The notes under the pieces: generated by a model
Told to the model about the DNA's origin: nothing
The model's database searches: none
What the model saw: only the letters and a program-made list of their open reading frames with translations
NCBI GenBank assembly: GCA_021155885.1
Contig: JAJNBB010000005.1
Coordinates: 1 to 61,177 of the forward strand
Origin: Fibrobacteria bacterium
GTDB taxonomy: Bacteria > Fibrobacterota > Fibrobacteria > UBA11236
Direction of reading: 5' to 3'
Length of the DNA: 61,177 bases
Translations under genes and position numbers: made by a program
Shown here: positions 55,602 to 61,177 of the stretch, one piece after another
Position numbering within the stretch: the stretch's first letter is position 1
How the letters are laid out: each line of letters begins with the position of its first letter

Positions 55602-58103
55602 TTAAATCTTCAGCTTCCCCTCGATGCCGAACATGATGAACAGGCCGAGCCCGCGCGTCACGACGGGCTGCAAGGTCCCGTTCGCGCCGTCGGCGGCGCG
55701 CGTCCAGCCGCGGCGGCGCTCGTTGCGTCCGCCCAGCGGGCCGGCCCACGCCTGCTCGAAACCGGAGAAAATGTTGTCGGCCTCGAAGAAGAAGCGCACC
55801 GATTCCAGGGGCCTCCAGGCGCTTTTCAGGTCGAGGTTCACGCGCGCGTCCAGGCGCTGCCGCGAGACCGTGGGGTATTGCGTGTTCGAGTACACCGCCC
55901 GGCGCCCGGTGGTGTTCTGGGCGGCCGGATCCCATAGGCCCCGATACTCGTACAAGGGCGCGCCGTTCTGGGCCCCGTAGGTGATGATGAAGCTCAGCAG
56001 GGAATCCTCGCGCGGCAGGTAGCGCAGGTTGTAGACCAGGTCCAGCGTGCGGTTCGATTCCCACGGCAAGGTCCCGCCGTCGGCGAGGTGGTAGCGGCCC
56101 TGGATCACCGAGGCGTTGACGGCCATGCCGACGTGGTGGCCCGGCAGGTAGTTGAACGTGCCATTGACGCCCTGGACGGTGGAATACCGCGCTTCGCGGG
56201 TTTCCTCATAGTTCCAGAACACCTCCGGAATCGGCAGGGAGGGATCCTTGTAGTAGCGCGAGTACAGGCTCCAGGCGTAGCGCAGCGGGTCGAGGATGAA
56301 CCCGTCGCCCCCCACCTTGGCCTCGACGCTGGGCGTCACCTTGGCGGCCACGTCGTTGAACCCCGTGGGCTCCAGCACGACCGAATGCCGGGCCGCGCCT
56401 TCGACGTACACCTTCTGGCGCTCGGCGAGGCCGTGCGTGTAGCGCACGGACCCCAGGGGAAGAGGCGGGGTGGTCCCGCTCTCGCCTTCGGCGCGCCAGC
56501 CTTCGTAGGCGTAGGCTCCGCCCGCGGAAGCCTCGATCGAGCGTCTCTTGGCGAGGTTCCAGCGGAGGCGGTACAGGGCGTTCGCGAGGACGAGGTCCCG
56601 GTCCACCAAAGTGAGGATGCTGCTGGCGGGCCGGCCGCTGCTCGGGGAGCTGAGGTCCTGATAGCGGCGCGTCTGCCGGGTGTACTCCAGCTCGATCCCG
56701 TACGAGGGCGCGGCCCCGAAGGTCTTTTCGGTGGGAGACCACTGCGTGGAGAGAATGAATTGCTTGTCCTCGCGGCCGTTATTGCCGATGAGGTTGTCCA
56801 CCTCGTTGCCCGAGGCGTGGTACCAGGGCAGGCCGTTGCCGCTCCCGTCGGAGTTGCGGATGGCCGGAGGAAGGGTGTCCCGGTAGGCGTCCTTGTAGTC
56901 GCGGCTCAGGAACGAGAAGCCCCATTCCATGTCGCCGCTTTTCCGGGGCGAAAGGGCCTCGTACGAATAGAGCCAGGCGCCCTGGAACCCCTCGAGCAAG
57001 GTTTGCGGCTCCGATTCCGTTTCATCGGTCGCGACTTCCTGCTGGATCCTGTAGCCGTCGTCCACGATCACCAGGCTGTGGCGGCTATAGGCGCCGGTGG
57101 TGTCGCGCTTGAAGGTGCTGAAGAAAATATCGAGGGAGGTGAACCGCAGCGGATCCTTGATGCCTTCCGCGCAGGTGTTGTCGTCGGCGCAGCCCTCGCC
57201 CCCCGAACCGATGCGCACGTCGCGGGGCGTGGTGAAGAATTCGGTGCCCAGGATTTTCAGCCCGTTGGGGTCGAGGTAGCGCGCGCTGGTGGTGAAGGTG
57301 CGCTCGCCCCAATAGGAGGTCAGGTTCAGTTCGCGGTTCACCGAGCCCAGCACCACGTCTCCGTGGATGGCCTCGGGATCGCCCGGCTTGAGGTCGTAGA
57401 CCAGCGCCGAGGCGTTGCCCTGGTTGACGGGTCCCCGGGCCTGGTTGTCGGCCAGCGTCACCGAGCGCAGCAGGCGGGGGTTCAAGACGCTCTGGTTGCC
57501 CGGAAAGCCGAAGTCGAGGTGACGGAGGCTGGGAATGCGGCTTTTGCCCAGGTAATGGGTGACGTCCTGCGTGCGCGAACCATATACCGAAATGTCGCTG
57601 GTGGACTCGTTCATGCCCGCGATGCCGTGCATTTGCCGCAGGTGATCGTTCAGGTCCATGCGCATGCCCTGGAGCGATTCGAGTTCCTCGATGCTTTGCG
57701 CGTCGCTGGGGTCGATGGCCCGGCGCGGCGCATAGGCGGTTTGCTCGGCGAGCTCCTGCACGTTCGGTTCCATGGCAATGTCCACGTCGACGATGAAGGG
57801 CAGGTCTCCCAGGTTGACTTCCAGGTCGCGGTAGCCATCGCGCCGGAAGACGATGTTGGCCTGGCGGCTGTTCACCGTGATCTCGAAGCGCCCGCTGGCC
57901 TGGGACACCCCCAGTTTGCGGCCGTCGGCCATGCGGATCTCCACCCCGGCGATGGGGGAGCCCCGGCCTTCGTCGACGATGGTTCCCACGACCTCGTAGG
58001 TCTGGGCGGCCGCCGGCGCGGCGAATCCCAAAACCGCCGCCAGAACGAGCAGGGGCGCAAACAGGGGGGCGAATGAAAGTGTCGGGCGCGCCGGAAAAAG
58101 CAA
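55602..58103 (-). CDS. TonB-dependent receptor-like outer membrane protein with N-terminal CarboxypepD_reg-like domain
   Basis: TTG start with GGAG RBS; signal peptide; GTIVD.G.PIAGVEI...GRF...GY; plug-like region; beta-strand C-terminus. Confidence 0.7.
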   Translation of the reverse strand: MLFPARPTLSFAPLFAPLLVLAAVLGFAAPAAAQTYEVVGTIVDEGRGSPIAGVEIRMADGRKLGVSQASGRFEITVNSRQANIVFRRDGYRDLEVNLGDLPFIVDVDIAMEPNVQELAEQTAYAPRRAIDPSDAQSIEELESLQGMRMDLNDHLRQMHGIAGMNESTSDISVYGSRTQDVTHYLGKSRIPSLRHLDFGFPGNQSVLNPRLLRSVTLADNQARGPVNQGNASALVYDLKPGDPEAIHGDVVLGSVNRELNLTSYWGERTFTTSARYLDPNGLKILGTEFFTTPRDVRIGSGGEGCADDNTCAEGIKDPLRFTSLDIFFSTFKRDTTGAYSRHSLVIVDDGYRIQQEVATDETESEPQTLLEGFQGAWLYSYEALSPRKSGDMEWGFSFLSRDYKDAYRDTLPPAIRNSDGSGNGLPWYHASGNEVDNLIGNNGREDKQFILSTQWSPTEKTFGAAPSYGIELEYTRQTRRYQDLSSPSSGRPASSILTLVDRDLVLANALYRLRWNLAKRRSIEASAGGAYAYEGWRAEGESGTTPPLPLGSVRYTHGLAERQKVYVEGAARHSVVLEPTGFNDVAAKVTPSVEAKVGGDGFILDPLRYAWSLYSRYYKDPSLPIPEVFWNYEETREARYSTVQGVNGTFNYLPGHHVGMAVNASVIQGRYHLADGGTLPWESNRTLDLVYNLRYLPREDSLLSFIITYGAQNGAPLYEYRGLWDPAAQNTTGRRAVYSNTQYPTVSRQRLDARVNLDLKSAWRPLESVRFFFEADNIFSGFEQAWAGPLGGRNERRRGWTRAADGANGTLQPVVTRGLGLFIMFGIEGKLKI

Positions 58104-58258
58104 AAGGACTCCGTTTCCAAAGTTTCCGGATTTTAAACCCGGGGGGGCCGCAACAAAGTAGCAAGTCCGCCCCCGCCAAAAAACGCCGGGCTCCCTAAAA
58201 TGGGGGGCGAAATCCCCCGTATCCGTTCTAGATTTCCATCCCCAAGGAGACAGAAGTC

Positions 58259-59548
58259 ATGCTCGATCCCAAGCTGTACCGCGACCACCCCGAAAAAGTC
58301 CGGGAGGGGCTGCGCCGCCGGGGCGCCTCCTTCGACCTGGACGGGCTGCTGCGGCTGGACCAGGAGAAGCGCGCCCTGGGGACCGAGCTCGACGGCCTGA
58401 AGGCGGAGCGCAACGCCGCCAGCGAATCCATCGCCCAGCTCAAGCGCGCGGGCAAGGACGCCTCGGAGGCGATCGAAAAAACGCGCACGACCGGGGACCG
58501 CATCAAGGACCTCCAGATCCGTTTCGACGTGATCGAGGAGCGCGCGCGCGACCTCGCCCTGCTCTGCCCGAACCTGCCCCACGCCTCCGTCCCCGACGGA
58601 AAAAGCTCCGCCGACAACAAGGTCGCCGCGACCTGGGGCGAGGATCTGCGGGCCCGCGCCGAAGCGCGCGTGGTGCCCGATCATATCGAGATCGGCATGA
58701 AGCTGAAGCTGTTCGACTTCGAGCGCGGGGCCAAGATTTCCGGCAGCGGCTTCCCGATCTTCACCGGGGCGGGCGCCCGGCTGGAGCGCGCCCTGATCAA
58801 CTTTTTCCTCGACACGCACGTGAAAGCGGGCTTCACCGAGGTTTCCCCGCCGTACCTGGTGAACCGCGCCTCGATGGTCGGCACCGGGCAACTCCCGAAG
58901 TTCGAGGAGGACATGTACCGCAGCGACGGCGAGAACCGCGACCGCGATCTGTTCCTCGTCCCCACGGCCGAGGTCCCCGTGACCAACATGCACGCCGACG
59001 AAATCCTCGACGGTGCTTCGCTCCCGGTTTCTTATTGCGCCTTCACCGCCTGCTTCCGCCGCGAGGCGGGCTCGTGGGGAGCCGATACGCGCGGATTTTT
59101 GCGCCTGCACCAGTTCGACAAGGTCGAGATGGTGCGCTTTTCCGCGCCCGAGAACTCCTACGAGCAGCTGGAGTCGCTGCGCGCCCAGGCGGAAAAGCTT
59201 TTGCAGCTGCTGGAGCTTCCCTACCGCGTGCTCGAACTCTGCGCGGGGGACATGGGCTTCGGCGCGGCGAAGTGCTACGACCTCGAGGTGTGGGCCCCGG
59301 CCGAGAAAAAATGGCTGGAGGTTTCCTCGGTTTCGAACTTTGAGGACTTTCAGGCGCGCCGGGCCAACATCCGCGCGAAGTCCGGCGGGCAGACCCGCTT
59401 CCTCCATACCCTCAACGGCTCGGGCCTCGCTACGCCGCGCGTGCTGGTGTCCTTCCTGGAAACCCATTACACCGAGCGCGGCACGGTGCGCATCCCCGAA
59501 GCCTTGCGCCCCTGGATGGGCGGCCTGGAAGAAATAGCCGCCGCATGA
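58259..59548 (+). CDS. serS: Serine--tRNA ligase
   Basis: GTGQLPKF, LVPTAEV, FRREAG, HQFDKVE, YDLEVW, HTLNGSGLA. Confidence 0.97.
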   Translation: MLDPKLYRDHPEKVREGLRRRGASFDLDGLLRLDQEKRALGTELDGLKAERNAASESIAQLKRAGKDASEAIEKTRTTGDRIKDLQIRFDVIEERARDLALLCPNLPHASVPDGKSSADNKVAATWGEDLRARAEARVVPDHIEIGMKLKLFDFERGAKISGSGFPIFTGAGARLERALINFFLDTHVKAGFTEVSPPYLVNRASMVGTGQLPKFEEDMYRSDGENRDRDLFLVPTAEVPVTNMHADEILDGASLPVSYCAFTACFRREAGSWGADTRGFLRLHQFDKVEMVRFSAPENSYEQLESLRAQAEKLLQLLELPYRVLELCAGDMGFGAAKCYDLEVWAPAEKKWLEVSSVSNFEDFQARRANIRAKSGGQTRFLHTLNGSGLATPRVLVSFLETHYTERGTVRIPEALRPWMGGLEEIAAA

Positions 59549-61131
59549 GCCCTGCCCAGGCGCATAAACTCCTCTGGATGGACGGGGAGATCGAGTTTCT
59601 CCGGGCGCACGTCGCGTTTTTGGAGAGCAAGGGATTCGCCGTGGAAAAAACCACGAGCCTGTCGGGCGCCCTGGACTCGCTGAAGAATTGCCCTTACGAC
59701 CTGGTGCTGCTCGATGAGCAAACTTTGGGCAAGGAGGGCGCTTCGACGGTGAGCCGCATCCGCGCGGCCTGCCGGGCGCGCGTCCCCCTGCTGCTCGTGA
59801 CCAAGAACGACGAGGAGCGCGCGGCCACCTCGAACTGGGGCAAGGACATGGACGGCTTCGTCGGCAAGCCGGTGAATCCCCGGCAATTGCTCGTCGCCTG
59901 CCGCACGGCCCTGCTGGCGCGCGCCGACCGGACCGACGCCGCGACCTCGGCCTACGTGCGCTCGCGCCAGGAGATCAAGTCGGAGCTTCTGGCCGCGCCC
60001 TCTCCCGCCAAGTGGGAGAAAATCCACTTCAAGATCAGCAAGTGGGATCTGGAAATGGCCGCCTCCACCGACTCCGCCCTTCAGGAAACCCACCGCGTCC
60101 ACAAGCGCGATCTCGCGCGCCGCTTTCTTTCGTACGTCGAGGACCATTACGCGGGGTGGGTCGGGCGCCAGGGCGGCAACCCGGACCTGCATACCCAGAC
60201 GGTGAGCCGCAAGCTGCTGCCTCTGCTGCAGCGCAAGGTCCCCGCCGCGCTCGTGGTGCTGTCGGGACTGCGCTTCGACCAGTGGATAGCGATCCAGAAG
60301 CAGGCGGAAGCCTGGTTTCGCGTGGAGAACGCGGCGGCCTGGGCCCTGTTGCCCACCGAGGCGCATTTCTGCCGCGCGGCGCTGTTCTCCGGCTCCTTGC
60401 CGCGCGACGTAAGCCTCGATCACCCGACGCTATGGCAGCGCATGGGCCTGGCCGAAGAGGAAATCGCCTGCCAGCGCGAGCTGCTCAAGATCCAGCTGCG
60501 CAAGCTCAAGGTCGACCTGGAAGACCCGCGCTTTATCCATGTCCGCAATCTTGCCGATTGCGCCGCGCTTCCCCGCGCCCTCGAGGCCAAGGCCGACGCC
60601 TCTTTGATCGTCGTGGTGGTGGAATTTCTCGATCTTATCCGCCCTGCCGGCGCGGAAACCGGTTCGCAGCCCCCCGAAACGGGAGGGGGCGAGGCGGAGA
60701 TCCGCGCCGCGGCGGCGTCGACCTTCCAGCGGTCGGGCCTCGCCGATGCCCTGCGCGTCCTGGCGCTCATGGGGCGCTCGGTGGTGGTCACGGCGGACCA
60801 CGGGGCCGTGCGCGCCGACACGCCGGCCGAGGTGTTCTGCCAGGAGGAACAGTCCTCGCACCCGCGCGTCAAGATCGGCCCGAACATTTCCTGCGACGAG
60901 CGCCAGGCCCTTTTCGTCGAGGCTCCGGAGCGCTACGGCCTGCCGGCCGAATCCGCCGAGACCGCCTACGCCATCGCCAAGGGACGCTTTTACTTCGTCT
61001 ACCCGAACAAGTTCCAGTATTTCGTCACGCCCTACAAGGACCAGATGGTCAGCGGCGGCATCTCGCTGGAGGAGATCATCGTCCCGCTGGCGACGCTGAC
61101 GCCGAAGGCGCCCGCGCCTCCGAAGGCATGA
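59545..61131 (+). CDS. porX: PorX-like response regulator (receiver + PglZ domain), active site apparently degenerate
   Basis: LWMDGEI, LLDE, VTK, KPVNP.QL; LRFDQW, LPT, TADHG, F.YPN, GGISLEE.I.P. Confidence 0.8.
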   Translation: MSPAQAHKLLWMDGEIEFLRAHVAFLESKGFAVEKTTSLSGALDSLKNCPYDLVLLDEQTLGKEGASTVSRIRAACRARVPLLLVTKNDEERAATSNWGKDMDGFVGKPVNPRQLLVACRTALLARADRTDAATSAYVRSRQEIKSELLAAPSPAKWEKIHFKISKWDLEMAASTDSALQETHRVHKRDLARRFLSYVEDHYAGWVGRQGGNPDLHTQTVSRKLLPLLQRKVPAALVVLSGLRFDQWIAIQKQAEAWFRVENAAAWALLPTEAHFCRAALFSGSLPRDVSLDHPTLWQRMGLAEEEIACQRELLKIQLRKLKVDLEDPRFIHVRNLADCAALPRALEAKADASLIVVVVEFLDLIRPAGAETGSQPPETGGGEAEIRAAAASTFQRSGLADALRVLALMGRSVVVTADHGAVRADTPAEVFCQEEQSSHPRVKIGPNISCDERQALFVEAPERYGLPAESAETAYAIAKGRFYFVYPNKFQYFVTPYKDQMVSGGISLEEIIVPLATLTPKAPAPPKA

Positions 61132-61177
61132 TCGACATCGTTTCGCGGTCGGAGGAAGAAACCCTCGCGCACGCGGC
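61128..61177 (+). CDS. tsaE: Probable tRNA t6A ATPase TsaE (N-terminal fragment)
   Basis: MIDIVSRSEEETLAHA...; ATGA overlap with porX; porX-tsaE is a known Bacteroidota gene order; only 16 codons visible. Confidence 0.55.
   Translation, partial: MIDIVSRSEEETLAHA

Noticed and set aside
59545-61131. BREX defence system suggested by the PglZ domain
   Set aside because: Receiver-PglZ architecture and housekeeping context indicate PorX; no pglX, brxL or BREX ATPase nearby
1-61177. tRNA, rRNA, riboswitch or other known ncRNA
   Set aside because: None recognised by eye in the intergenic regions; tRNAscan-SE/Infernal would be needed to exclude them

Overview
GC-rich bacterial chromosomal window, probably from the FCB group and most likely Fibrobacterota-like. 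This is an inference from T9SS-type C-terminal domains, porX-tsaE synteny, a cyclophilin-FKBP fusion and bshC. Most genes are housekeeping (IscS-like desulfurase, alkA/ogt, bioB/bioA, hisH/F/B, prfB with its +1 frameshift, lysS, folE2, clpS, argH, pabAB, maf, lptD, serS), mixed with accessory genes (SDR/TetR cassette, Phd-ParE toxin-antitoxin pair, ABC-2 exporter, malectin protein, two GH10 xylanases). I recognised no rRNA, tRNA, CRISPR array, transposase or prophage. Most notable: (1) a translationally coupled methyltransferase-bshC-bshB1-bshA operon, a candidate N-methyl-bacillithiol pathway, headed by a pseudo-receiver protein and with brxC/ytxJ nearby; (2) about 10 intergenic elements built from tandem 7-nt repeats, mostly as inverted arms around unrelated spacers, plus two other repeat families; (3) an uncharacterised operon of a six-hairpin glycosidase-like protein, a PHP-GT4 fusion and a small Cys-tailed protein; (4) a PorX homologue whose PglZ active site appears eroded; (5) two tandem Cys/His-rich micro-proteins, one missing from the ORF track, divergent from a cysteine desulfurase. 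All family calls rest on motif recognition, not database searches.
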